64,000 bases of DNA from Camelus ferus (Eukaryota), in contig NC_045707.1 in assembly GCF_009834535.1 (NCBI RefSeq), positions 50,160,001 to 50,224,000 of the forward strand, written 5' to 3'. This document shows, piece by piece, positions 47,816-61,589 of this stretch. Within the stretch, counting starts at the first letter, position 1; every line of letters starts with the position of its first letter. A model generated the notes under the pieces. That model worked only from the letters and a program-made list of their open reading frames with translations. It searched no databases and was not told where the DNA came from. Made by a program: the position numbers and the translations under genes.

Positions 47816-50800
47816 TTCTTCCCAGTGATCTATTCTGGATCCCTTCAACCTTATCCTCCCCATTCTGCAGATGGGAAAACGGAGGCTTAGCGAGACTGAC
47901 TGACCTGGGATCACCGAGGCATTAAACAGTGGGGCTGGGCTGTGAACCCAGGCTGACGTGACCCCAGAGCCTTTGATCTTTCCAATGTGAGAGATCAGAG
48001 ATAAAGGAACTTTAATTTTGTCTCAAAATCCTTAGGAAATATAAATTCTTTGGAATGAATTTAAAATACCTGGGCCTCAGCTTCATCATTTTTGCAACAT
48101 GAGGTGTTGAATAATAGAGAACTTTGAAGGGTCTTTCTGCCTCAAAATTATTTATTTTAGGTGGTTTAGTATAATGCCTCATAGGAGAAGAAATGATGGC
48201 CATGTTTCTAAGAGTGTACCAGAGGAGACACTCTGATATGTGTGCACAAATGTGTGCCCGTGTTCACTCCTCCATATGTGTACACCTGCGTACGTGGTTC
48301 AGTTGCTCTAAAAAAGAATGATTGTCTTTGGAAGGAAAAGGGAAGATCTTAAGATGTAGATAGTTTTGTTGTTTGTTTCTATCACACAAGCTGTTGACCT
48401 CGGATTCTGCACGTCCTCAGGGAGTGCCTCTCCAAGGCCTTTTCCAAAAGGTGATTGGCAAGGAAGTCCTTCTAAAAGAGATAAGTGGCTTCTTAAAGTA
48501 AACTCAGAATAAACGGAGTACAAATTCTGTTTACTAAATATTTCCTGGTTGATAGATACTAACGTGCAGGCCTGCATGGCATATTCTTTGAGGAATGGAA
48601 GAAAGGAGAGGTTGAATTCTGTTTCTCTCTCATTTGGGAAAGGTGTTTGAAAGCTGCCCCAGATGGAAGATTACATCATTTCAGAGCAGTAACTCATCTA
48701 TACAAATAGATGCTACCATGTGGGAGGCGGGCTTACCTTGGAGACCACTGAGAGATGTGAGAGGCTTTTGAAAGTATGCGATACAGTTTGTTAAAATGTG
48801 TTCTTTGTAGTTTATTAAATTTGTAGGATTCTTTGCACAAGCACAAACGTTTCTGTGCAGTTTACTTCCCTTTTTGCCAAATACACTGCATTTTGCGTGG
48901 TTGTATTTCAGCATTGCAAGGTTTTGCTGCTGATGGTTATTCTAACCAAAGGCTTTTCCCTCCTCACTCTGCGGGCAGATGGAAAGGTTGGAGGCTTAAG
49001 CCAGCTGAGCCAAACATTTTTTAATTATTTTTTTTCCTTTTCTTTTTCTCTCTCTCTTTTTCAAAAATCTCTTCTTTCTTAATATTTCCTTTTCAGATGT
49101 TGGGCCCTAGTGATGTTAATTTAGTAGCATGATTCTTATATTGATTCTGACTTTTCAAGATGATTTCCTCAGCCTCAGGCTAGGCCGGTTTAATTCTGAT
49201 TGCCTGGTGCAGTGAGGCCTATAATTATACTAAAAACTAAGCTAATATAGGAAGAGAAATCAAAGGATTACTAGCTGAGACCCAAAGTTGTAAGATAGTG
49301 AAAGAAAAACAGTTTGGCTTTTTCCCCTGACATGAGAAGAAACCCAAACCCAAACAAGCAAACCAACCACACAAAACAGAAGAACTGGGTTCTAATCATA
49401 AGACGGACTTTAGGAAAGAAAAGTAGACAATCCATTTATTTCGTACCTGTCAAGAACTTTGTTTTTCCCACCAAAATAAATCACAGGTGTACCTACAAGA
49501 AAAGAATAAAACCCTAAAAATTGCTGATCATTGGTTCAGATTAAGGAATAGGCTTCAAAACATTAAAACAAAAAACAAACCTCTTTCCTTAAACCTCACT
49601 TCTCCCCATCCTTTCCCTACAAGTTGATTTTCTCACACTCCTTAAGTCAAAAAGTGGCCTAACTCTAGTTTCTCTCGGAAGGCATGACTTGTCTGAGCTT
49701 CCCCTGTCTCTTTGTGACCTTCTGATGACCTGGGAGTTCCACCCACTCTGGGTAAGTCCTTTTCAGGCCTCAAATCTGCACATCAGTGGGATTCAGTTTT
49801 CCTCTTGCTTTAATGGCTCCTCAGACCCCCGCTCCTTTGGCAGTCCCACACATTCCCTTTCTTGTTTCTCTAGCCTTTTAGGGCGACAGCCCACCTCTCC
49901 TCCCTAGCAGACAGGCTTGTACGGATGGATGGTGATTGACTGATTTACAGTTCTCCTTATGTTTTGTTTCGTTGTTTTGTTTTGTTTTTCTTCTCACCTG
50001 GGTTTAAAAGCCAAATTGTGTTTTTCTTAGGCCTTTGAAGCTCAGCTAGTAATCCTTCGACTTCCCTCCCCATGTTGGCCTTTGTTTTTTAGTATAATCA
50101 TAGCAAGAAATTATAAACCACTCCAAAGTTTGACAAGACATACTTCAGGTGTTAAAAATATGCATAAAGGATTTTTGTATTTTTACATAAACAGGATTAT
50201 ATTCATATATTTTTCCTCAACCAGCTTTTCTAGCTTTGACAACTTATAAAGAACCTCTTTTATCTTCCCTAAGTAGAGTTTTATTTCATCTTAAAAAAAT
50301 TTTTTTAATTATATTGTATCCCATGGTATGAATATACAATCATTTATAGGATTGACATTCTATTGAGGAACATTAGCTTGTTTATAATTTTTCACTCTGA
50401 TCAGCAATACCATAATGAAAATCACTGGTTTATGCTTGCTTAATTATTTCCTTTGGATAAATTCCTGGAAGTGGAATGACTGGGTCAATGACTTCACACA
50501 TTTTGTATCTGATTCATATTGCCTGCTTGCTCTCTTTCAGACTGGCACCCTTATCTCATTGGACTTTGTTACTTTTTATTGTCTCAGTGAGTAGGGCAGC
50601 ACCTATTTGAGAAGCTGAGGTTCTCTCCCCTACCTTAGGACATTATGCAACACCAGGTCAAACGTCTTGATGGCAAAAGTATTGATGATAGGGAAAGTAG
50701 GGAGATGAGGAGGACATCATGAATTTTCCACCTCCAGCTAACTTCTTCATCTCATGAATTGGGAATAGAAGAAACAATTAACATGCAGGAGAAAAAGCAA

Positions 50801-51565
50801 ATTTTATTAGAGCCCTGTGGGACACATAAATATGGTCTAGGGTGTTTTAACGTCAGCTTCTGTTCTCTTCAACCCATTCCTCTCAAGATAATGAGAGCCT
50901 CCAGTTTTGTGCCCTAAATGTAGAAGAAACATTGCAGAAGGCAGTATCCCAGCACAGGAATGAACAGCCAGGGTGGAGATGGGCTGTGTACTTATCGAGG
51001 GCCTGCCCTCTATGGTCCAGGTGCTTCACACAGATCGTCTCATTTGATCTCCATAAGAACCCTTTGAGCTGGGTAGTGGTGGTATCATTGCTGTTCTGTA
51101 TTTACAAGAGGAGGGACCCTAAGCTCTCAAAGGGCTAGCCCACTTGATCAGAAGTGGTAGAATCTGGTTTGGGGTGGGGGGGGTGGGTTATCTGCATTAA
51201 GGAGCAGCTTTCTCATCTGAGGGAGGAGCTGGGGAGGAGGGTGGGGCAGATGGCTGGGTGGGAGTGGGGGACAAATGCCTTTGTGAGCCTCAGGGAGTCT
51301 GTTGGCTGTGTCTCTGTTCATAGATCAAGACTCAGAATTGTCCTAAAATGCCCTTGGCTTTTGGCGACAGTAGGGCCTATGTTTGTTTCCAGAAATTGCA
51401 GTAGCTATCACAATGAGGCTATGTTCATATGTAATCAGGTTTGACAGGAATTAATTTTTAATAAGAAGTTCCATTCAGATAAACAACTGCCCTTTGGGGC
51501 CGTGTCAGGGTCAGTTGCCCAGGGCTGGGCATGGGCACAGTTTGTGCTTTTGGCTGTGTCCTGGG

Positions 51566-51567
<2 letters not shown>

Positions 51568-51611
<44 letters not shown>
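51568..51611. repeat. (GT)22 microsatellite
   Basis: Perfect 44-nt GT run. Confidence 0.97.
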
Positions 51612-51613
<2 letters not shown>

Positions 51614-53909
51614 AGGGGGAGTGGGTGTTAGGATGGGGGGGTACTGACTGGTCTTACTTAGATCTTAAGTCAGCACCAGGCATTGGTCTTACCAGAAGCT
51701 GGGGGAGGCAGCTAGCCATTTAGAATTGCCATAAAGAATAAGTATGGTGCCCACACCCCCGAAACCCCTTCTGGTTCTTCATTCCAAGTGCGTTTTCAAC
51801 ACATTTAAGGTCTGGGAGAGGCTTAGGCTGTGGCCTTTACTGTGGTCTTATTTAGTGCCACTTACTCCATGCTGTTATTTAATTTTAACAACAACCCTCC
51901 ATGGTACCATGTCATCAGTCCCATTTAATGGATGAGGAAAACTAAGTCTCAGAGAGGTTAAATGATTAAGACTGCACATTCAAGTGGGAAGTTGGGAGTG
52001 GAGCTCTAGAGTCCCTGCTAAATCATTCTGCATCCTCCTTGTAGAGACAGATCTCCATCCTCACGTTCCTCTGGGACCAGTTACTGGCATCTTGGAGACA
52101 CTGCTGTTCTAATTCTATCATGTTTACTCCATCTTCCTCACTGAAATTAAACAACCACATTATTTATGACCTGCTACCGATTTTTCCCCATGTCACTCAC
52201 TCAAACTCTGTGTCACTCACATCCCTTGCCTGTTACCAACACCAATAAAGTCATGTTCATACCAATTTTTGAAGATCTGGGGATTCTGTGTTTTCTCTCT
52301 TAGAGGCTGCTTCCAATTTACTGAGGAAATACACACTTTCAGGGGTTTTTTTTTTGGTCCTGTGAAAAGGCAGAATCTCGAGGCTCTTCCTCCTCAGTGT
52401 GGGTGACACTGCCATTTCCAGCACTGCAAAATTATCCTCCGGCCGCCCCCAAAAGCTTTATCAGGAGACATGGTGACTTCTCTCCGAAATTACACAGGTT
52501 GGTTTAAAAATAGAGTGCAGGGTCTCCCTTGTCAGGAGCACTGTCAGACTGCCCACGTTTGACAGCCACTTCTTGGGTACATGTCAGAGCATTTTAATTT
52601 TTATGGAAAAAATTCTGCTTAAGTTATCTGGAGTTACCTGAAACTAACAAAAAGGTTCATTTGAAGCATCATAGGGGCGGCTTTAAAAATGTCTGTTTCC
52701 TGATTAAGACTCATGCACGAATGGATTCTCTACGCTTCATCATCTTTGCAGAGGGACTGCAAAGCACGAAAATGAATTTTAAAAATATATTCCAGCGGAG
52801 GCGAATGTCCTGACGGGAAGAGTTCTGCTGTGTGGAAGTGGATTCAGTTGGGAGGTACAAAGTAGCTTAGGTGCTGGGAATAGATCAGCTTGCCTACTGA
52901 GTACACAACAAAGGGGAGTTTTTAAAAAATGGAACAAATAAATAGAAGACAAAACCCAATAAAAACAAAACAAATACAAATAAGTTCTGCAAGTAAAAAC
53001 AAATTAATTAAAAAAAAAAAAATAGAAAACCACCCCACATAGACATGCTGGGAAAGAGAATGTCCTAACAACTTGCGTAAATATTCTCCAGTCCAGTCTT
53101 TTCCAACATGATAGGATTGGTTGAACATCTTGTCCTTTGTGTGCGGGAATGTAAAAATCTCCATTTTTTCCATAACCTTTTGCCTCTCCGTTCCTCTCCT
53201 CTTATCTGTACTGTCCGTTCCTCCCTTATATGGCTGTCCTCGGAAGTCCAGGAATTTGAGTGTTATGTGAAAGGCTAATCCTAATTGGGCTCAGTGACAT
53301 TCCTTTCAGATGGGAGATATATGGGGGTCGTCCTGTGAAAGATCAACAAGGACCGGCATCTGCCGCCTGCCTGCATTGCCTCCTTCATTCAAGTCTCTCT
53401 AAATACCAGGCTGGGCTCAATGGCCCCACAGCCCTGTTATCCCCTCCCCCACATCCCTTCACTCAGCCCACTGTTTCCTTAATTAGCAGGGCAAAGACGA
53501 TCTCCTAGCATTTCTTCAACCTTCAACTTTGCGAAAACATGTTTTTGTTTATTATCTCCTTGATTGCATCCAAAAACCTGTGAGATCAGGAGGGCAGGAA
53601 TTAATCAATCATGTTCGGTTCATAGCTGAGAAGCTTGAGGCTTTCGTAGGTTCTGGTGCTGGCTGATGATTTGCACAGCTCATTAACGACAGAGCCCATT
53701 TCCCCTCTCCCAGCCCCAGGCTCCTTGGCGCCTTAGTTGGGTGGTTTTCCCTAAACAGAATGCTTCCTGACTTTGGACATCAGGCACCATCTGTGGATCC
53801 AAGTTAGAGATTATTTCGTAATATGAAGCTCATCCAGCTTTCTGCCTCCATATTAAAGAAGCTTTCTTTATCTCAATCTCGATGACTTCATACTTTAGGA
53901 AGTGTATTA

Positions 53910-54410
53910 GTTTCATCCATTCAACAAATATTTATACGGTCTTAGTTTGAAGATGTAGCAGTGAAAAAAACATACAAATTCTCTACCCTCGTGGCGCTTA
54001 CATTTCAGTGGAGGAGACCAAGACTTAAAGAAATAAATACATCTATGCTAGGTCTGGTGGTAAGAAAGGCTAAGGAAGAAAATAAAGCAAGGTGAATGAA
54101 GTATGCATTTAGATGAGATGGTCGGGGAAGGTTTCTCTGCTACAGTGATGTTTGATACCTGAGGATTTGAGGCAGTGGGTGCTGCAGATAGCTGGGTGAG
54201 AAGGAAGCATTCTAGGGAGGGTGACAGCATGTGCAAAGGCCCTGGGGTGGGAGAATGCAAACAGGATAGCTGACTGGAGCTGAGAGGGTAGGTGAGTGGT
54301 GGGAGATGAAGCCAGGGATGTGGGCAGGGGAAGTGGCAGTGGGATAGAGCCATAGTGAGAATTTTGGCTTTAACTCTGAATGAGATGGGACACTGCTGGA
54401 GGTGTTTGAG
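53910..54410 (-). mobile_element. LINE-2 3' fragment
   Basis: ttcatccattcaacaaatattt...ggaagcattctagggagggtgacagcatgtgcaaaggccctgggg...tttaactctgaatgagatggga. Confidence 0.75.
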
Positions 54411-54531
54411 TATGGGGTTCTGGTGTCAAAGAGGGCATTTTGACAAATGTCTGCAGCCTGCTTGGCTGGGGCCCAGCTCTGACCCTTTCCAGCCCAGCCT
54501 TTGTCCCACTCAATCTATTTTTGTTGTTCAC

Positions 54532-55499
54532 CAGTGGTGGCTACATAACTTATGTGGCCTAATGCAAAAAGAAAACGTGGGGACGTGTTCAAACAATAAG
54601 GAAAAAGATACAGTTAAAGGTACTAAAATATAAAGCTTTTTTCTTCCTTCTGCAGTCACTCTCTTAGCTTGTCATAGTGTTTTAAATTTACCGTTTAATG
54701 TAATTCTAAGAGACATTAACATTTAAAATTATTAGCATTAATTCTACTGTTCATCTTTATATTGCACAATGCCAATATAAACACCAGCTTTAAATGCAAA
54801 TGTAAGAGCATTTTACTTGTATGTGGAATCACCAAAATTATACATTTCACGTTTTGTACTTTGTATGTGCATATGTATTTTGTTTCTGCCAGAAAAGAGG
54901 AAATGCTGCATAAAACGAACTCAACTGTTTCTTCTTTCTTGATATGCAACACATACCAACAGTCTACCTTTTGCTTACTGATGAATAAGAAAGCACTAAA
55001 AGGAAAAGGTACTACTGGTTGCCCTAATTTTTCCTTTCTCTCTATGTTACCATTTTTAGGGTAAGTGGTTAGCTAATCCACGGAAGTCCTAGGAGTAACA
55101 AAAGATGTGCTAAGATGCCACAGCCTTCTTTCTGCATGTGGAGCACATTCTGGATGGAGTGGAAGACGCGGCCCCAAGGTGTGGTCAGCACCGCCACTTA
55201 CACAGCCGTGGATGTTATACACTTACCTTGTACTTGCTTCCAGTCGCACTGAACTCCCAAATGTTGGGTCCACGTGATTTCTGTGCTCAGGAGGCATCGC
55301 AAACGCTGTGTGCAAATGCGGAGACAATGAATGATGGACAAGCATCCTATGGTGTACTTCTTTTCCCCGCTGTCTCACTGGACCTCACCTAAAAAGTTCA
55401 ATGACAATATCATTAAGAATTTTAGCACGGTGACGTCAGAACATTAAGCCAAAAGCAGGACCCAAGGGGTACCGGCTGCATGTCCATGGAGCTATCCTG
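54532..55499 (-). mobile_element. Near full-length non-autonomous hAT DNA transposon (MER45B-like)
   Basis: CAG...CTG termini; both ends resemble the MER45 consensus in reverse; 8-bp TSD TTGTTCAC (54524-54531) / TTTTTCAC (55500-55507). Confidence 0.8.
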
Positions 55500-56956
55500 T
55501 TTTTCACCCCACTCTTTCTAGAACCAGTCTGGTCTTAGGGTAGGAGAGATTAAAGGGCTGCCTGAGTGCCTGCCCTATGACTTGGCCTGGTGACAGTTCA
55601 CCCTGCCCGTGAGCAGCGCTGTGAACCAAATCTGGTTGAGAAGATGGTTCTTGCTTGGAACAGAGAGAGTTATCCCAGAAAGCACAAAGAAATATGAGAG
55701 AAAGGAACAAAGGAGAGGCTACTTAACACAAGTGAAAGGGAGAGAGCAGGTAGGGATGAGGAAGAGAAAATAACTGATGGCCAAGGCGGCTGCCAGAGAT
55801 GCTCCCTGACCATCTTGGTGTGGGGGGTGAGGAACCCGGGGCTCAGAGAACGGGGGCCAGCTTGGGAACCCTGGTGGTGTTGGCTGAGTTCAGTCTTAGG
55901 GCTGTTGGTAGGGGTCACCTCAAAGAAAAGGGACTACCGATAAAACTGAGAAATAATCAGGGCCCAGGAATAAAGAGGCAAAGTTGGATATGAGTAATTA
56001 TTAATCTAAAAAGGGATCTGGGCATTAGTTTCCTGATTTTTTCATAAGAAGTGAGGGAGAAATAGTGACTTCAGGATAGTCATTGTGTGTGTATGAGCTC
56101 TAACTATCTTTTCATGCACATATATCTTTTATACATGGATATTTTTTCTTTCCTCTCCCTTGGGGGAAGGATGAATGAGTAGAATTACCCGGGGGCAGGA
56201 TAAAATGTCAAGAAAAGACAAGCTTTCTGAATTTGGAGACAAGTGAGAAATTTGGGCTTCAGTTTCAGACTAGAGAATCATGGCAGGAATGAGACATCAG
56301 AAAGGAGCTGGCGGACTGACATTTGTTTGTGATTTATGGAGAAGGTCGTGGGAGTGGAGGTGTCTCCTCAAAGAAGTTGAAGCTCAGGAAACTTCTAGAG
56401 AGATCATCCATCTTGGGGAGAAGGGGTGAGGAGGAATTTCCCTGGGGCAAAGATCTGAGAAGATCCTGAGGAGAAAGCTGTGGTCTAGTTGGTGTCGCCC
56501 ATAGACCAAGGCAAGAGGGGCCTGTCTTGAGTCCCCTGTTTACAGGGGTCCTGTCCTGGGATACCCTGGGCAAGGATTCTGAGAGGCCAAGGGGACAGGC
56601 TCTCTTTCAAGACCACATCGTGAATGCCTAGGCTCTGCAAACTCTTGAGGCCTAAGTGCAGTGCCCACGTGGACATCCGCCCTAGGTTTATCCCCCTGAT
56701 TGCAGGCTGTGGTGCACGACTAGGCTGCGGGGTTGCCAAGGGCCAGCTGTTAGGCAGGGTTTGAACTGCTTGGATGTGCCAGCTGGGTTATCCCCAGGCT
56801 GCTTGTGGGGCTGGATGGAACTGAGAGATAGAGAAGGGGTGGGTGGGGGACAGAGGAGGGCTCTCCCCATGTCTCTGTGTTTCAGTGTGCAACTCTGATG
56901 GGTCCAAAAATACCAAATTTGAACCTGACCTTCCTTGTTATTAAAAACATAGAATT

Positions 56957-57088
56957 GGGGGAAGGATATAGCTCACTGGTAGAACGCGTGCTTGGCACGC
57001 ATAAAGTCATGGGTTTGATCCCCAACACCTCTGTTAAATAAAAAATAACAATAATAAATAAATAAACCTAATTACCCACCTTCTAAAA
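56957..57088 (+). mobile_element. tRNA-derived SINE (camelid Vic-1-like)
   Basis: GGGGGAAGGATATAGCTCACTGGTAGAACGCGTGCTTGGCACGCATAAAGTCATGGGTTTGATCCCCAACACCTCT plus (AAAT)n tail. Confidence 0.8.
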
Positions 57089-57949
57089 CTGAAGACTGAA
57101 TTGTTAAAGCCAGAGGATAGAGTATATTTTATTTACCCATTTATTCACTTTTTTTTTTACCTTTACTTATTCCCTTGGTATGTGGGCATTCATTTGTTCT
57201 CCCACCCTGGCTCTGCCTCCCTGTGGATTCTTTCATGGCTTGGCTTAGATGAAGGTGGAGGGTGATGAAATTCTGCCTTTTCCCTTCCCCCAACACTGTG
57301 ATTATTTTGTTATTATCCTTAGCAATTAAGATGGAGACCCTTAAAGACTGGATAGCAGATTCTTCCTGCCTAAATATATTCTGAATTACTTCCCATTGTG
57401 TGAATGGATATAGTTGTTTTTAAGTGAAGAATAAAAACATTTTGATGTTTTAGGCACTATTTGTTCCTTTGATCTGTTCCTTGAATGTGAGGGGAAAAAA
57501 AAACGGAGGGACCAGAATTACTGGTTAAATTGAGTATCCTGTTTCTGCAGATGACAGGAAGGCATTCCTTCCTCAGGGAACTGGAGCTCAGAGATCCTCT
57601 GCAAATCAGAGAAGCCAAGGTCAGTCTGTACAGCCTGCTTTTCCCTCGTCCTTTAAACTCAGATCCCAAATCTCTTTTTCTTTCTCAGACTTGAAATTAG
57701 GAGTTTAAAAAAAGAGAAGTAAAACAGCTTGGGTAAGGAGAGCAGTAGATCCTGAATGCTCTGTTGATTTAAAGTTTCAACTTCTGCTTTGGCCCAGGAC
57801 CTGGAGGCAGAGCTGAGGCCGTTGAGGGGGTGGGGGTGGGGGGGCTTTAAGATTCCTTTCTGGAACACGTGACAGGGCCAATGTATTTTACGGCAGTATG
57901 GACAAGATTAACAGATGTGGTTTCAGGTTCTTGTCAACAACATGAAGAC

Positions 57950-58180
57950 GTATTTCCTGAGCAATTCTTAGTGTGCTAGATATATGCTGAACATATGATT
58001 TGCATTATCTCATAATTAGCAGATTCTAATACAATTATTGATTATTGTTCTCATTTTACAGATAAGGAAATGGAGGATTTAAGACACCTGCCCAAGATTC
58101 TAGAGCTAGTCAGTTACTCAGCTGGACCTGAAACCGGTTCTTTTTGATAACAAAGTTCATGCTTTTGACCATGAGGCTAC
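57950..58180 (-). mobile_element. MIR SINE
   Basis: cattttacagataaggaaatggagg...cctgcccaaga. Confidence 0.65.
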
Positions 58181-58861
58181 ACTGCACAGCTTTCCAATAG
58201 GAGGTTTGAGGTTGGGTCAGTTATTGCATTTAATTTGTAGAAGAGCAACATTTAGGCACATTATCTTGTCTGACTTTTTCGATGAATAGTTGTGAAAGCA
58301 CAGATCCAGAGAGGACAAGTGACTGATCTGGGGTCAAACAGCTGGTTAGTGGCAAAACTAAAATTCAGGTTGTCCTAGATTCTACATTGGCAATTATTCT
58401 GCTACATTCTGATGAAGGACTCGTTTGAAAGTGCGGTTGAGTGACGGTGGGTGGGGAAAGTGGGAATGTTCCCTTTTAAAATTCAAACGTGGAGCAGACC
58501 GCCAGCCTTTCTTATTTCCCTGCTTTTTCTTTGCCTTGTAATCTGTTCCATGAATTCTGAAAGCTTTCACGAGGAAATCCATTGCTTATGGTTTGACCTT
58601 AATATGTCATAGTAGGGATGAAGGTATGTGGTGGTTTCTCCTGCAAAAACAAACATCAAACAGGGGCTTTGTTTCTGTGGTTGTTCCAGCAAACTGTCTT
58701 CCTTCTTTTCCTTGGTAGGTAGGGTATAAAAGGTGAGAGAGGCATGCCCCAATTTTCAAGTACCTAATTTACACTTGACTTCCTGTGTGAACAACACTTT
58801 GTTCTCCATCTTGCCTAATAGAAATTGTTGGGGAAGGTCACATGATGTCTCTTATTTACTT

Positions 58862-59375
58862 AAAAAATTTTATCTATTTATTTATTTATTTTTCTTTCTA
58901 TTTATTTAATTTAATTTTTTAAATGGAAGTATAGTTGGTTTACAATGTTGTGTTAATTTCTAGTGTACAGCATAGAGATTCAGTTATATATATATATATA
59001 TTTCTTTTCCTATTCTTTTTCATTATAGGTTACTAAAAGATATTGAATATAGTTCCCTGCTATAGAGTAGGACGTTGCTATTTATCTAGTTTATATATAG
59101 TAGTTAGTATCTGCAAATCCCAAACTCCCAGTTTATTCCTCCCCTCTCCCCTTTGGTAACCATAAGTTTGTTTTCTATGTTTGTGAGTCTGTTTCTCTTT
59201 TGTAAATAAATTCATGTAATTTTGTTTTTTTCAGATTCCACATATAAGTGATATCATATGGTATTTTTCTTTCTCTTTCTGGTTTACTTCACTTAGTATG
59301 ACAATCTTCAGGTCCATCCATGTTGCTGCAAATGGCATTATTTTATTCTTTTTATGGCTGAGTAGTATTCCATTG
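58862..59375 (-). mobile_element. LINE-1 3' end (3' UTR and end of ORF2)
   Basis: Reverse complement of the same family as 27513-28089 (gaagtatagttggtttacaatg...ttcacttagtatgacaatc...ttatggctgagtagtattcc). Confidence 0.88.
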
Positions 59376-59449
59376 TGTGTGTGTGTGTATCACAATGTAA
59401 ATTGCATAAAAAAGACAAGTTTTAAAAAGGAAACTGAAAATTTTTTGAA

Positions 59450-59835
59450 TCTCCTTTTACTTATGGTTTCCTTTGCTGTGCAGAAGATTGTTAAGTTTCA
59501 TTAGGTCCCATTTGTTTATTCTTGCTTTTATTTCTTCTAGGAGAAAATTTTTGAAATGTATGTCAGATAATGTTTTGCCTATGTTTTCCTCTACGAGGTT
59601 TATTGTATCTTGTCTTATGTTTAAGTCTTTGATCAATTTTGAGTTGATTTTTGTATATGGTGTAAGGGAGTGTTCTAGCTTCATTGTTTTACATGCTGCT
59701 GTCCAGTTTCCCCAACACCATTTGCTGAAGAGACTGTCTTTATTCCATTGTATATTCTTGCCTCCTTTGTCGAAGATTAGTTGACCAAAAGTTTGTGGGT
59801 TCATTTCTGGGCTCTCTATTCTGTTCCAATGGTCT
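59450..59835 (-). mobile_element. Internal LINE-1 ORF2 fragment with no 3' UTR or poly-A, flanked by a perfect 16-bp TSD
   Basis: WNRIESPEMNPQTFGQLIFDKGGKNIQWNKDSLFSKWCW... is L1 ORF2; CTGAAAATTTTTTGAA at 59434-59449 and 59836-59851. Confidence 0.9.
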
Positions 59836-59879
59836 CTGAAAATTTTTTGAAACATCAATCTACTATATGGATTCAGAAG

Positions 59880-60430
59880 TTGTTTCAGTTAGCTTTTGTA
59901 GTAGAACCAATGTTCCCAAAATGCGGTGGCCTAAATCACAATCATTTATTTGCTCACAATCCTTTGGGTCAGCAGTCTGTGCAGGGCTCAGCTGGGACTG
60001 TGCGTCTCAGCTTTCACTATGGCTGGAGTGGGGACAAAAACACATGGTTGGCGAAGATGTCCGCGAGGGTTCCTTACATCCCCACCCAAAGGCCCCTTGG
60101 TAATGTGACTGCCACTCCTCTCACCAAATAGAAGAGTTTATTTCTCTGCTCCTGGAATCTTTAACCAGGTGACTACTCTTGCCCGAGGGGGCACTGGCAA
60201 ACATGACAAATACTTGCATGATGGGGGCTTGCTCTCTTGCTGCTGGGAACCAGGAGCCCACCTTCTAAAGAAGACTAAACGAATTTCCTGGAGAAGGAGA
60301 AGCCGCATGGAGAGACGGGCCAACCATCTTCACTGCGGAGGCTGTCTTAGACCTTTCAGTCCCTGTCAGGTTGACCCAGACCAGAAGAACTTAGAGAAAT
60401 AAGTCATTGGTCCTAGAAGCCACTTACTCT
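59880..60430. mobile_element. MaLR LTR fragments (MLT-like)
   Basis: tcagttagctttt...atttatttgctcacaat...gggctcagctggg; cttgctctcttg...ggaacc... Confidence 0.5.
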
Positions 60431-61589
60431 TCACTTTTTGTTTTTTGTTTTTTGTTTAAAATATCACATTTACTAACCAGATCAAAAGTCTTAGGGATTA
60501 CAGTGATTTTTTTAAAAAATGATTTTTGTATTCTTAACAGCCTGAATGATTCCCTAGCAATCTGAGGCAGTCTTAAGAAATCTTCTCCCACAAAATGGTG
60601 TTACTGGTATCGCTGCCTGACATAGAGCTTGTGAAACCATTGTTGTAAGACAAAAAGTCCTTTCTGGTGAAGAAGTCAGTGAAAGGGAAGTCGAGAACGA
60701 TGTGCCGGCACCGTGGATTTCCAGAGCTGCTCTAAGCAAGGGCTTTCGCCCCGTCTCCCAGCAAAGGGGATCAATAGCTAAAAAATACCTCCCGAAAATA
60801 CCTTCAAATGGCACCTGCAACATATTTCTAAATGAATAAAGGTCAAGTGTGTAAACTAGACTAATGGTGCTTAAATGAGTGAAAGAATTAAAAAACAAAG
60901 AGGCAATCTGGAGACTCCTTTTACTTCCTCTTGGAATATAACTTTTCTTTAAGAAGAACAGGGAAAATCCTTCCTACTCTTTGACTTCCTGGGTTAGCGG
61001 ATATTTTCAGGCATTTGGTCTAATCACATCAATGTCTTGAGAAAAACGTTCCATTTGACTTTCAACAGATGTTGTTCATGCATAAAAATCCACCAGGAAA
61101 TACCTTCTGTTGTGAGTTCACTGTGGATGGAGATCAAACAAGGAAGTGCCTGTTTCCCCACGTTTTCCAAGTTCCTCACTATGGCTCCATGTCCACTGGG
61201 ACAGACCAGGGGTGGCTGTCTCTAGTGGTTGCATGGCTTTCTGGATCAAAGCCAGCACTAAAGCGGGGCATTGCTCCTGTACACCATGTGTGGCTTGGGA
61301 CTGGGGCAGCTCCCGGGACACAGGAGGACTGGGCTTGTGGTACGGGGGCCATAAGGATTAGAAGGACTGCAGGGACAGCACTGGAACTGGTGGGTAAGAA
61401 GATTCCTGGGGCATGAAAAGCCTAAGCCATTCAGTTTGGGAGTGGTTCGTTTGGCAACTAAAACTAACTGGTATATAAATAGAACAACCTTAGAAGATTG
61501 TTTGGAGTATTACTAATCATGAAAACAATGCCAATGCCAATGCCCAGCAGATGAGAACAGCATAAAAATTACTACTACTATAGTAGTAC

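Noticed and set aside
56957..57035. tRNA-gene-like sequences (also 10597-10685 and 42137-42272)
   Set aside because: A/B boxes present but no complete cloverleaf; A-rich tails and a dispersed family indicate SINEs
61573..61588. 16-bp perfect palindrome TACTACTATAGTAGTA
   Set aside because: Built from (TAC)n/(GTA)n low-complexity sequence at a repeat edge
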